A DNA stretch of 64,000 nucleotides from NCBI GenBank assembly GCA_934122235.1, contig CAKOWE010000001.1, positions 30,204 through 94,203 of the forward strand, written 5' to 3'. Source of the DNA: an uncultured Clostridia bacterium (lineage in GTDB: Bacteria > Bacillota > Clostridia > TANB77 > CAG-508). Shown piece by piece: positions 52,641 to 62,264 of this stretch (position 1 is its first letter; every line of letters starts with the position of its first letter). The translations under genes were made by a program, and so were the position numbers. Under the pieces are notes generated by a model. The model ran no database searches, was not told the DNA's origin, and worked only from the letters and a program-made list of their open reading frames with translations.

Positions 52641-53999
52641 ATGATATATTATAGCAATGATGAAAAGAAAAAAGTTGCACAAATGTTAGAAATAGGAATA
52701 AGTGTGCCAGATATAATAAAAAGGACTGGAATGTCTAAAGCAACAGTTTTTAGAATTAGAAGAAAAGCAATAAAAGAAAAACCAGAAATAGAGAACAAAT
52801 CTGCTAAAGTAGAAATCAGTATAGGATATATTGAAAGCGTTATAGATGAATTAATATATGCTAAAAAATATGAGTTGGCAACAGGTTTAATAGAGCAGGT
52901 AACAAATAATGAAAGCATAAATGAAGATATAAAAGCATTGCTAAAATGTAAATTAATAAAGGTTAATATAGCTCAGGAAGAGTATGGTGTTGCAAAATCA
53001 GTAATTGATGAAGTATTAGATAGCACTAGTGTATCTGATATATATAAAGTTATAGCACAAAGAAGATTGGTACAATTGAATATAGCCCAAAATGATTTTG
53101 CTAAAGCAAAAGAGGTTATAGCAGATATTGTATGTAATGAAAAAGCACAGCCAGAAGAAAAGCTAAAAGCACAAAGTCAGTTAATAAAGATAAATATTAA
53201 AGAAGGAAATTATAATACTGCTAGACAAATTGCAGAAGGAATGATAGAAAGCAATGAGTTACCAGAAGAAACTGTATTAGTATTGCAAAGTCAATTAATA
53301 ACAATAGCAATATTAGAAGAAAATTATGACGAAGCAAAACGAATGGCTAGTGAGATTTTAAATAATCCAAATTCAAAATCTGAAACAATTGATACAGTAC
53401 ATACCCAGTTGGTTTCGGTAGCGATAGACGAAGGCAAATATGGAGAAGCAATAGAAATGGTCAAAGAATTTTTGTTAGCAAAAGATGTAACGCCAAGAAC
53501 AGAAATTGCATTACAAAAAAAATTAATGCAAATAGAATGTCTACGAAAAAAAAGTAAGAAAAATAGACATAAATTAAATCGTAAATTAAAAAGTTTAAAG
53601 TACAATCAAAAAAACGACAAGATTAAACCTGTAATTGAAATGACAGAAAATATTGAAGATAGTAATTCTGAAGTAGTTAACAATAGAAAAAAATTATATG
53701 ACGATGAAATAGAGTTAAGTAGTGTAAAAGATTTAACAGAGCAGAATAGTGGTACAATAAGTGGATGCTTGTTTATTGCAGAAATGTGTAGATATTTTGA
53801 TTTACCAGAATTAGGAACTCAATGCCTAAAAGGATATAAAAAATCTAATAATCCTACTTTAGAAGAAATAAAAGTAATATCAAAAGCATTAGATTTGTTA
53901 AAGAAAAGTGATGCGATTAAAATTAGACAAAAAGAGAATTGGGACAAATTATATATAGCATTAGAAAAAACAACTGAAATGGAACATTATGATAGATAG
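52641..53999 (+). CDS. HTH protein with five TPR-like repeats
   Basis: N-terminal VPDIIKRTGMSKATVFRIRRK HTH. About five 35-aa repeats of the form xxLIKxNIxxxxYxxAKxxxxxxL. Confidence 0.45.
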   Translation: MIYYSNDEKKKVAQMLEIGISVPDIIKRTGMSKATVFRIRRKAIKEKPEIENKSAKVEISIGYIESVIDELIYAKKYELATGLIEQVTNNESINEDIKALLKCKLIKVNIAQEEYGVAKSVIDEVLDSTSVSDIYKVIAQRRLVQLNIAQNDFAKAKEVIADIVCNEKAQPEEKLKAQSQLIKINIKEGNYNTARQIAEGMIESNELPEETVLVLQSQLITIAILEENYDEAKRMASEILNNPNSKSETIDTVHTQLVSVAIDEGKYGEAIEMVKEFLLAKDVTPRTEIALQKKLMQIECLRKKSKKNRHKLNRKLKSLKYNQKNDKIKPVIEMTENIEDSNSEVVNNRKKLYDDEIELSSVKDLTEQNSGTISGCLFIAEMCRYFDLPELGTQCLKGYKKSNNPTLEEIKVISKALDLLKKSDAIKIRQKENWDKLYIALEKTTEMEHYDR

Positions 54000-54081
54000 G
54001 AGAATAGCTAAAAATGCTGTTCTTTTTTGTTAATATGTGGTATATTAAATACAGTTGGTAAGTATAAAGGGAGTGGATAAA

Positions 54082-54586
54082 ATGAAAGTAGTAAGCAGGC
54101 AAAGTAATAGCAGAATGTGCATGATGTGCGGTTTAGATAATGAATATGGTGTACAGGCACCTTTTTATAATATGGAAGATCGGAAGTGTAATGACTATAT
54201 TTAAATATAAAGAACAACATCAAAGTTATCCAGGTAGAGTTCATGGGGGGCTTATAACAGCAATGTTAGACGAAATGGGATTAAGAGCATTATGGGCAAC
54301 GGAAAATTCTGAAGATACTTATGGAGTTACTATTTCGCTTGATACGCAGTATCGTAAACCAGTGCCATATTGTACAGAGCTAATAGGAAAAGGAACAATA
54401 TTAAAAAATACAAGTAAGTTTTTTACAACGAAGTCTTGTATAATGGATACATCGGGAAATGTATTAGCAAACGGAATAATTAAATATATAAAACTAGATG
54501 TAAATAAAATAAAAGAAGGAATATCAGTACACGATGAAATGTGTTACTTAATAAAAGATGATGTAAAAGAAATAAATTTTATATAA
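54082..54586 (+). CDS. hotdog-fold (PaaI-type) thioesterase; needs a +1 shift at CGG 54181-54183
   Basis: MKVVSRQSNSRMCMMCGLDNEYGVQAPFYNMED-GSVMTIFKYKEQHQSYPGRVHGGLITAMLDE..., 167 aa. The first 33 codons are in a different frame from ORF 54140..54586. Confidence 0.7.
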
Positions 54587-54657
54587 CCCAAACTTGTTGT
54601 TGCTGTAAAGGTTTTGTTGTATAATATTAAATAAGTTTAGAAATAGGAGTAGTTATT

Positions 54658-55287
54658 ATGGAAAATGTACCAATAATTATAGGAATTGCGGGAGGAACAG
54701 CTTCAGGAAAAAGTACTTTTGCAAGAAACATTGATTTAAAGTATAAAGACAAATTAACAATTTTATCACATGATTATTATTATAAAAATAGACCAGATTT
54801 AACTTTTGAAGAAAGAACTAAGATAAATTATGATCACCCTAATGCTTTTGACACTGATTTATTAATTGAGCATTTAAAGCTGTTAAAAAATGGTCAATCA
54901 ATTGAACATCCTGTATATTCATATACAACACATTTGCGTGAAAACTATACAGAAAGATCAAACCCATCTAGAGTTATAATTGTTGAAGGAATATTAATTT
55001 TCGAAAATAAAGAATTAAGAGATTTAATGGATATAAAAATATTTATAGATGCAGATTCAGACATTAGGTTAAGTAGAAGAATAATAAGAGATGTTGAAAC
55101 AAGAGGAAGATCATTAAATTCAGTATTAGAGCAATATTTTACTACAGTAAAACCAATGCATGAACAATTTGTCGAACCAAGTAAGAAATTTTCAGACATA
55201 ATTGTGCCACAAGGTGGGGAAAATATAGTTGCTTTAAATATGGTTTTTGAGCAAATAAATAGTATTTTAGGAATTAAAGGAATATAA
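54658..55287 (+). CDS. udk: uridine kinase
   Basis: IIGIAGGTASGKST P-loop and typical Udk length and motifs (YDHPNAFD, RRIIRD). Confidence 0.9.
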   Translation: MENVPIIIGIAGGTASGKSTFARNIDLKYKDKLTILSHDYYYKNRPDLTFEERTKINYDHPNAFDTDLLIEHLKLLKNGQSIEHPVYSYTTHLRENYTERSNPSRVIIVEGILIFENKELRDLMDIKIFIDADSDIRLSRRIIRDVETRGRSLNSVLEQYFTTVKPMHEQFVEPSKKFSDIIVPQGGENIVALNMVFEQINSILGIKGI

Positions 55288-55291
55288 AAAT

Positions 55292-57793
55292 ATGAAAAAA
55301 GATAAATTTGATATTCAAGGAATGACTTGTAGTAGTTGTTCTGCACATGTAGAAAAAGCAGTAAAAAAACTTAATGGAGTTAAAGTTGTAAATGTTAATT
55401 TGTTATCAAATAACATGATTGTCGAATATGACGAAAGCATATTAGATGACCAAGAAATTATTAAATCTGTTATAGATGCTGGATATGGGGCAACATTAAG
55501 TGAGAAAAAGGTAGATTCTAAAGCAGGTAATAAAAAATATGAGAATAACGATGATATATTGATAAATATGAAAAAGAGATTAATAATATCGGTAGCCTTT
55601 TTAATACCACTTATGTATATATCTATGCATCATATGCTAAATGAGTGGTTTAGGTTGCCTGTGCCACAATTTATAATATATATGTTTCATGGTACACAGA
55701 ATGCTATAAATTATGCTTTTACACAATTTTTATTATTGTTACCAATTGTATATGTAAATAGAAATTATTTTATTATTGGGTTTAAAAGACTATTTAAAAG
55801 GACTCCAAATATGGATTCGTTGATTGCAATTGGGAGTTTTGCATCCATAGCCTATGGTATTTTTGCAATTTATATGATTGGATATGGATTAGGACATAAT
55901 GAATTAGACATAGTAGAAAAATATTCAATGGACATTTACTTTGAGTCAGCTGGAACAATACTTACATTAATTACTGTAGGCAAATATCTAGAAACAAAAT
56001 CAAAAGGAAAAACAACAGAAGCAATTAGCAAATTAATTGATTTGGCACCTAAAGTAGTAACTGTAATAAGAGAAGGCAAAGAAGTAGAAATAGGTTCAGA
56101 AGAAATTATTGTAGGAGATATTATAGTTATAAAACCAGGAGCAAGTATTCCGGTAGATGGAGTAGTTGTAGAAGGAAGTTCTTCTGTAGATCAATCTAGT
56201 ATAACTGGTGAAAGTATGCCTGTTACTAAAAATGTTGGTGATAATGTAGTTTCAGGAACAATCAATAAAAATGGATATATTAAAATGAGAGCTGTAAAGG
56301 TAGGAAATGAAACTACGTTGTCACAAATAATAAAATTGGTAGAAGAGGCTAGTAATTCTAAAGCACCAATTTCTAAACTTGCAGATAAAGTTAGTGGTAT
56401 ATTTGTGCCTTGTGTCATTATAATTGCTTTACTAGCTACATTATTTTGGCTGATAAACGGACAAGGATTTGAATTTGCATTAAGCATAGGTATTGCAGTA
56501 TTAGTAATTTCTTGCCCATGTGCATTGGGACTTGCAACACCAGTGGCTATTATGGTTGGAACTGGAATTGGTGCTCAAAATGGAATATTAATAAAATCTG
56601 CAGAAAGTTTAGAAACAATGCATTTAGTTAACAGCGTTGTATTAGATAAAACTGGAACAGTAACCGAGGGAAAACCAAAGGTTACAGATATTGTAAGTTT
56701 TATAGAACAAAATAAATTATTGCAAATTGCAGGAAGTTTAGAAAAAAATTCAGAACATCCATTGGCAGAAGCAATAATGGAGAGAGTAAAAAGTGAAAAT
56801 GTTGAATTACAAGAAGTAGATGATTTTTTGTCTGTTGTAGGAAGAGGAATAAAAGGTTCAATAAATAATCAAACTTTTTTTGCAGGAAATAAAGCTTTTA
56901 TGCATGAAAATAATATACAGTTGAAAGAAGAAAGCGAAAAACTATTAGAAGATGGAAAAACGGTTTTATATTTTGCAAATAGTAGTGAATTAATAGGAAT
57001 TATTGCTGTAGCTGATATGGTAAAAAAGGAAAGTTATCAGGCTATTAATGAGTTGAAAAAAAGAAATATAGAAGTTACAATGATTACAGGAGATAATCAG
57101 AAGGTAGCTGATGCAATAGGAAAAAGTTTAGGAATTAATAGAGTAGTTGCAGAAGTGCTACCAGCAGATAAAGCTAAAGAGGTGGTCAATTTACAAAAAC
57201 AAGGAAAAAAGGTAGCTTTTGTAGGAGATGGAATTAATGATAGTCCAGCACTTGCTAGTGCTAATGTAGGGGTAGCTATAGGCTCTGGTACTGATATTGC
57301 AATAGAGTCTGCTGATATAGTGCTAATGAGAAATAGTTTATTGGATGTAGTTAGTGCTATTGATTTAAGTAAATCAGTTATAAAAAATATAAAAATGAAT
57401 TTGTTTTGGGCATTTTTCTATAACACTATAGGAATACCAATTGCAGCTGGGGTATTTTACTTGAATTTTGGATTAAAATTAAACCCGATGTTAGGAGCTG
57501 CAGCTATGAGTTTAAGTTCTGTATGTGTGGTTACAAATGCTTTAAGACTTAGAAAATTTAAATCTAAATATAAAAAAGGGGGAAATACTATGTTTACAAA
57601 AGTAATTAATATTGAAGGAATGCAATGCAATCATTGCAAAATGAGTGTAGAAAAAGCTCTAGGAACAATAGATGGAGTAGTAAAAGTAGAAGTAAATTTA
57701 GAAAGAAAAAATGCTACAATAGAATTAACAAAAGAAATTGAAGATAGTAAACTAAAAGAAGTAATAGAAGAAATTGGATTTACAATAAAATAA
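55292..57793 (+). CDS. copA: copper-translocating P1B-type ATPase with N- and C-terminal HMA domains
   Basis: GMTCSSC and GMQCNHC metal-binding domains, CPC transmembrane motif, DKTGT phosphorylation site and GDGINDSPAL. Confidence 0.9.
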   Translation: MKKDKFDIQGMTCSSCSAHVEKAVKKLNGVKVVNVNLLSNNMIVEYDESILDDQEIIKSVIDAGYGATLSEKKVDSKAGNKKYENNDDILINMKKRLIISVAFLIPLMYISMHHMLNEWFRLPVPQFIIYMFHGTQNAINYAFTQFLLLLPIVYVNRNYFIIGFKRLFKRTPNMDSLIAIGSFASIAYGIFAIYMIGYGLGHNELDIVEKYSMDIYFESAGTILTLITVGKYLETKSKGKTTEAISKLIDLAPKVVTVIREGKEVEIGSEEIIVGDIIVIKPGASIPVDGVVVEGSSSVDQSSITGESMPVTKNVGDNVVSGTINKNGYIKMRAVKVGNETTLSQIIKLVEEASNSKAPISKLADKVSGIFVPCVIIIALLATLFWLINGQGFEFALSIGIAVLVISCPCALGLATPVAIMVGTGIGAQNGILIKSAESLETMHLVNSVVLDKTGTVTEGKPKVTDIVSFIEQNKLLQIAGSLEKNSEHPLAEAIMERVKSENVELQEVDDFLSVVGRGIKGSINNQTFFAGNKAFMHENNIQLKEESEKLLEDGKTVLYFANSSELIGIIAVADMVKKESYQAINELKKRNIEVTMITGDNQKVADAIGKSLGINRVVAEVLPADKAKEVVNLQKQGKKVAFVGDGINDSPALASANVGVAIGSGTDIAIESADIVLMRNSLLDVVSAIDLSKSVIKNIKMNLFWAFFYNTIGIPIAAGVFYLNFGLKLNPMLGAAAMSLSSVCVVTNALRLRKFKSKYKKGGNTMFTKVINIEGMQCNHCKMSVEKALGTIDGVVKVEVNLERKNATIELTKEIEDSKLKEVIEEIGFTIK

Positions 57794-57799
57794 TTAAAA

Positions 57800-57927
57800 A
57801 AAATAATACTAATATTTTTTATTTCGTTATCCAAGGAATTTATGCATTATATTGTTTATTGATATATACATACTTATATTGGATGACGATTAAATGATGG
57901 ATTCGTAAAAAATATTAGTATTATTTT
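57800..57927. repeat. 22-bp perfect inverted repeat flanking an 84-nt spacer just after copA
   Basis: AAAATAATACTAATATTTTTTA (57800-57821) is the exact reverse complement of 57906-57927. Inner partial pairing: CGTTATCCA / TGGATGACG. Confidence 0.8.
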
Positions 57928-58015
57928 AATATTTGTTAAACTATTTGTAATTTGAATTGATTAGCAAGATAAACAGATTAATATATATAAAGATAATAAA
58001 AAAGGAGTAAATCAT

Positions 58016-58925
58016 ATGCAAGAAAAAGTCCCTGAATTTTTTTATAAAATGTTGTTAGAACAATATGGTAAAGAAATAGCAGAAAAAATAATAGATGGAT
58101 ATTCATTTAAAAGACTAGTTACATTAAGAGTAAATACAATAAAATCTAATATAAGTAATATAAAACAAGAACTTACAAATGCAGGGGTTGAGTTTGAAGA
58201 AGTTATATGGAATAAAGATGCTTTAATTATAAAAAATGTTAAAGAATGTGAAATAAGAGAGATGTCAATATATATAAATGGAGAAATATATTTACAAAGT
58301 TTATCTTCAATGATACCACCAATAATATTAGATCCAAAGCCAAAAGAAAATATATTAGATATGGCAGCAGCACCTGGGGGAAAAACTACTCGGAATAGCG
58401 GCGTTATCTGAGAATAGAGCAATGATCACAGCATGTGAAAAAAATAAAATAAGAGCAGAAAGACTTAAATATAATTTAGAAAAGCAAGGTGTAAGATGTG
58501 CAAATGTAATGATAGAGGATGCTAGAAAATTAAATGATTTTTTTTCTTTTGATAAAGTGCTTCTAGATGCTCCTTGTAGTGGAAGCGGGACGTTAACTAT
58601 TCAAGAAAGTGGAATAGAAAAAAATTTTACTCAAGAGTTAATAAATAGGTCTGTAAAAACTCAAGAAGAATTATTGAAAAAGGCGTTAACAATATTAAAA
58701 CCAGGGAAAGAAATGATTTATTCTACATGTTCGATACTAAAAGATGAAAATGAAAATGTATTAAATAAAATATTACCAAAACTAAAGGCAACAATAGTTC
58801 CAATTGACAAAAATAATTTACAAGGAATTCCATTATTGCCAGTAACATTACAAGGAACTATTTGTGTGGCACCAACGCAATTATATGAAGGGTTTTTCAT
58901 AGCAAAAATAAAAAAACAAGTATAA
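58016..58925 (+). CDS. RsmB/RsmF-family (NOL1/NOP2/Sun) RNA cytosine-C5 methyltransferase; needs a +1 shift at CGG 58391-58393
   Basis: ...DMAAAPGGKTT-GIAALSENRAMITACEKNKIRAERL...LLDAPCSGSGT...YSTCS. SAM-binding and catalytic Cys motifs span the two ORFs. 302 aa. Confidence 0.8.
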
Positions 58926-58942
58926 AGTACAAGGAGAAAAGT

Positions 58943-59275
58943 ATGTATTATACATATATGCTAAGATGTGTAGATGGTTCAATTTATACAGGAATAACTA
59001 CAGATTTGGATAGAAGAATAAGTGAACATATCAAAAAAGATAAAAAATGTGCAAAATATACTTTAACACATGATGTAGTAAAGTTAGAATGTGCATGGCA
59101 AAGTGAAAATAGAAAAATGGCATCTAAATTAGAATATCATATAAAAAAGCTAACAAAATTACAAAAAGAAGAATTAATTTTAAAGAATAATTTAGAACAA
59201 TTGTTGTTAAATAAAATAGATTCAAATAAATATAAAAATGTTAAAATTACTCATCAATTTAACATAAAATCTTAA
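58943..59275 (+). CDS. GIY-YIG nuclease family small protein
   Basis: MYYTYMLRCVDGSIYTGITTDLDRRISEH is the classic stand-alone GIY-YIG (UPF0213-type) N-terminus. Confidence 0.8.
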   Translation: MYYTYMLRCVDGSIYTGITTDLDRRISEHIKKDKKCAKYTLTHDVVKLECAWQSENRKMASKLEYHIKKLTKLQKEELILKNNLEQLLLNKIDSNKYKNVKITHQFNIKS

Positions 59276-59394
59276 AAATATTATAAAAAATATTACAAAA
59301 AATTACCTAAAATGCAATTATTTGTAAAAAATATATTGATTTTAGAAAAAAAGATGGTATAATATTATTGTAAACTAAAAAATAGGAGGAAGAA

Positions 59395-59943
59395 ATGAAA
59401 AAAGTAGTAAAAATAGTATTTGCTTTTGTATTTATGTTAGTATTTTTTACAACAATTACAAGAGCAGCAACAACAGATGAATTAATTGCATATGCATCAA
59501 AAACATTTACAATAGCAGGAAAACAAGTTAAACTTTCAGATGCAGATGTGTTAAAAGTAAAACGTTACCTTTCAGAAAATCCAGTAACTGGAAGCGATGC
59601 GGATAAAATAATTGCTAAAGCAAACCAAATAATTGCTATAATGAATGAACAAGGAGTTTCAGATCCAACACAATTAAGCAAAGAAAAGAAAAACAAAGTA
59701 TTAGGTATTGCACAAGAAGCAGCAGCTATAACTGGAGCAACATTAACATATGATTCAACAAATAAATCTGTAGCAGTATATAAAAATGGTAAAAAAGTTG
59801 AGTCAATAGCTTTAGAAAACTATAAACTTGTACAAACAGGCAGTGACAACACTGTGTATGTTGTTACTGGAGTTATTGGAACAGTAGCAGTAATTGCCAT
59901 TGCTACTACAGTTATTTTAAAAAGGAAAAGAGCAAATGTTTAA
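59395..59943 (+). CDS. secreted protein with C-terminal sortase-type sorting signal (LVQTG)
   Basis: Signal peptide MKKVVKIVFAFVFMLVFFTTITRA. The C-terminus is KLVQTG + hydrophobic stretch + KRKRANV. The end overlaps the sortase gene start. Confidence 0.65.
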   Translation: MKKVVKIVFAFVFMLVFFTTITRAATTDELIAYASKTFTIAGKQVKLSDADVLKVKRYLSENPVTGSDADKIIAKANQIIAIMNEQGVSDPTQLSKEKKNKVLGIAQEAAAITGATLTYDSTNKSVAVYKNGKKVESIALENYKLVQTGSDNTVYVVTGVIGTVAVIAIATTVILKRKRANV

Positions 59944-60568
59944 TAAAACAAACGGTATAAGGGCAACTATTAAGAGTATAATAGTTGCTTTTATATATAC
60001 TATTATAATTTTTATAATTATATATATACTTTTTTCAGATGCAATTAGTAGGGCAATTTCGCTAATTGATATGATCTCAGTAGATACTAATAAAAAAATA
60101 CTACAAGATGTAAAAATAGATTTACAAACAAAAAATTTAGCAAATTATCCTGAATATGGAACAAAATATGGAAAAATAAGGATACCTTCCTTAAATATTG
60201 GTTTAGATTTATACTACGGAGATACGCTTTCTATATTAAGATATGGAGTAGGACATTCAAGTGGAAGTTATTTTCCAGGAGAAGGTGGTTCTATTGTTTG
60301 TATGGGGCATAATACTAAAGGAATGTTAAGAGAATTACCACAAATTCAAAATGGTGCACAAATAATAATAGAGACTACATACGGAATATATACATATGAA
60401 GTGTATGAAACAAAAGTGGTTGAGCAAACTCAATTAGATGCCATACAGATACAAAGAGAAAATGAAATTTTAATGTTATATACATGCTATCCTGTAAATA
60501 GTATAGGACATGCTAAAAATAGATTTATTACATATGCAAAACTAGTAAATGAAGAGTATGCGCAATAG
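59936..60568 (+). CDS. srt: sortase (class B/D-like)
   Basis: N-terminal TM, catalytic His (MGHN) and LYTCYP catalytic Cys motif, plus a conserved Arg near the C-terminus (KNRF). Confidence 0.8.
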   Translation: MFNKTNGIRATIKSIIVAFIYTIIIFIIIYILFSDAISRAISLIDMISVDTNKKILQDVKIDLQTKNLANYPEYGTKYGKIRIPSLNIGLDLYYGDTLSILRYGVGHSSGSYFPGEGGSIVCMGHNTKGMLRELPQIQNGAQIIIETTYGIYTYEVYETKVVEQTQLDAIQIQRENEILMLYTCYPVNSIGHAKNRFITYAKLVNEEYAQ

Positions 60569-60580
60569 TATGGAGGTTAT

Positions 60581-61405
60581 ATGGTAAAAAAAATAATTAT
60601 ATATATAATGAATTTCTTTTTAGTTATTTTTGTTTTTACATTATCAAGTTTATTAATATTCTCAAATACAATTTTAAATAAACAATATGTAAAAGAAATA
60701 TTAGAAAAAAATAACTATTATGAAAAAACATATTATAATATACAAAATGACTTTGAAAACTATATATTGCAATCTGGTTTAGATAAAGATATTTTAAACA
60801 ATTTATATGATATGGAAAAAGTAAATAGTGATATAAATATGGTAATAGATGCAATATATGATGGAAGTGAAATAAAAGTAGATACAACAAAAATAATTCA
60901 AGAATTGGATGACAGAATTAATGAAGTGTTAAAGCAAAATAATAGAGAACCAGAAAAAGAAGAAAGAGAAGAAATAGAGATATTTGAGAATACTATTGCA
61001 CAAGTATATTATGATGGAATTACATATTCAATAGATGATGTAAAAGAAATTTCTAATATAATTAAACAATTAAAAGTAGCAATAAAAAATATAGAAATGA
61101 TATTAATAGTAGTATCAATACTAGAATTGCTAATAATATTATTTATAAATAAAAGTGTTAGAAAAAATGCAAATACATTAGGAATAATGATGTTAACTGT
61201 TGGAATAATAGGAATAGCCATAAAAATTTTAATAGGAGATAGAACACATGACATTTTAATATTGAATTTAGCGTTTTCAGCTAGCTTAATAGATTTAATT
61301 AATTCGATTATAAGTAAGTTCTTTATTTTAGGTGTAACTATGTCAGTAATTGGATTGGTAATAATTATTTTAAGTAATTGCTTAAAGAGAAAATTGATAG
61401 AATAG
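60581..61405 (+). CDS. hypothetical membrane protein
   Basis: N-terminal TM, a charged central region and three C-terminal TM segments. Confidence 0.4.
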   Translation: MVKKIIIYIMNFFLVIFVFTLSSLLIFSNTILNKQYVKEILEKNNYYEKTYYNIQNDFENYILQSGLDKDILNNLYDMEKVNSDINMVIDAIYDGSEIKVDTTKIIQELDDRINEVLKQNNREPEKEEREEIEIFENTIAQVYYDGITYSIDDVKEISNIIKQLKVAIKNIEMILIVVSILELLIILFINKSVRKNANTLGIMMLTVGIIGIAIKILIGDRTHDILILNLAFSASLIDLINSIISKFFILGVTMSVIGLVIIILSNCLKRKLIE

Positions 61406-61446
61406 ATACAGTGCAGATATTAAATCTGCACTGTATCTATTTTTTT
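61404..61446 (+). terminator. rho-independent terminator
   Basis: 15-bp stem AGATACAGTGCAGAT / ATCTGCACTGTATCT followed by a T-run. Confidence 0.8.
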
Positions 61447-61555
61447 GAAAAAATGCTAAATTTGAAATAATTTACATAAAAAGTATACTTTTACTTGAAA
61501 AAAGTCTTAAAAAGCTGTATAATATAATTGTTAAGGTTTAACGGAGGTATATTAA

Positions 61556-62263
61556 ATGAATTTAAAAATGAGCAATGAAATTGGTATTGCAACTAATGAG
61601 ATATTGCCATTACAAATGAAAAAAGTAGAAAAAAGTTTAATTGAAGTAAAATTTTACACATATATAAAAAGAACAGCTGATATAATGGTATCAAGTATTG
61701 CACTAGTGTTTTTGTTACCATTGTTTGCTGTAATAAGCATATTTATAAAATCTGATTCTAAGGGAAAAGCAATATTTACTCAAACTAGAATTGGCGAAGA
61801 TGGAAAATTATTTAAATTATATAAGTTTAGGACTATGATTCCAAATGCAGATGAAAAATTAAAAGAACTTCTAGCAAAAGATAATTCCGCAAGAGAAGAG
61901 TATCAAAAAAATAAAAAACTTAAAAATGATCCAAGGGTAACTAGAGTGGGGGCTTTTTTAAGGAAGACAAGTTTAGATGAATTGCCACAACTTATAAACG
62001 TATTAAAAGGAGAAATGTCCTTGATAGGACCAAGACCATATTTACCAAGAGAACAAGATGATATGGGTGTATATTATAGAAATATTATACAATCTAAACC
62101 AGGTATAACAGGACTTTGGCAGGTATCAGGAAGAAGTAATACAACTTTTAATGAGAGATTAAAAATAGATTTAGAATACAATGCGAGAAAATCATTAAAA
62201 CAGGACTTTGTGATTTTAATAAAAACAGTAAGTGTATTATTAAAAAAAGAAGGAGCAGTTTAA
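61556..62263 (+). CDS. undecaprenyl-phosphate sugar phosphotransferase (bacterial sugar transferase family)
   Basis: FKLYKFRTM, TSLDELPQLINVLKGEMSLIGPRP and PGITGLWQVSGRS motifs. Confidence 0.9.
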   Translation: MNLKMSNEIGIATNEILPLQMKKVEKSLIEVKFYTYIKRTADIMVSSIALVFLLPLFAVISIFIKSDSKGKAIFTQTRIGEDGKLFKLYKFRTMIPNADEKLKELLAKDNSAREEYQKNKKLKNDPRVTRVGAFLRKTSLDELPQLINVLKGEMSLIGPRPYLPREQDDMGVYYRNIIQSKPGITGLWQVSGRSNTTFNERLKIDLEYNARKSLKQDFVILIKTVSVLLKKEGAV

Positions 62264-62264
62264 T

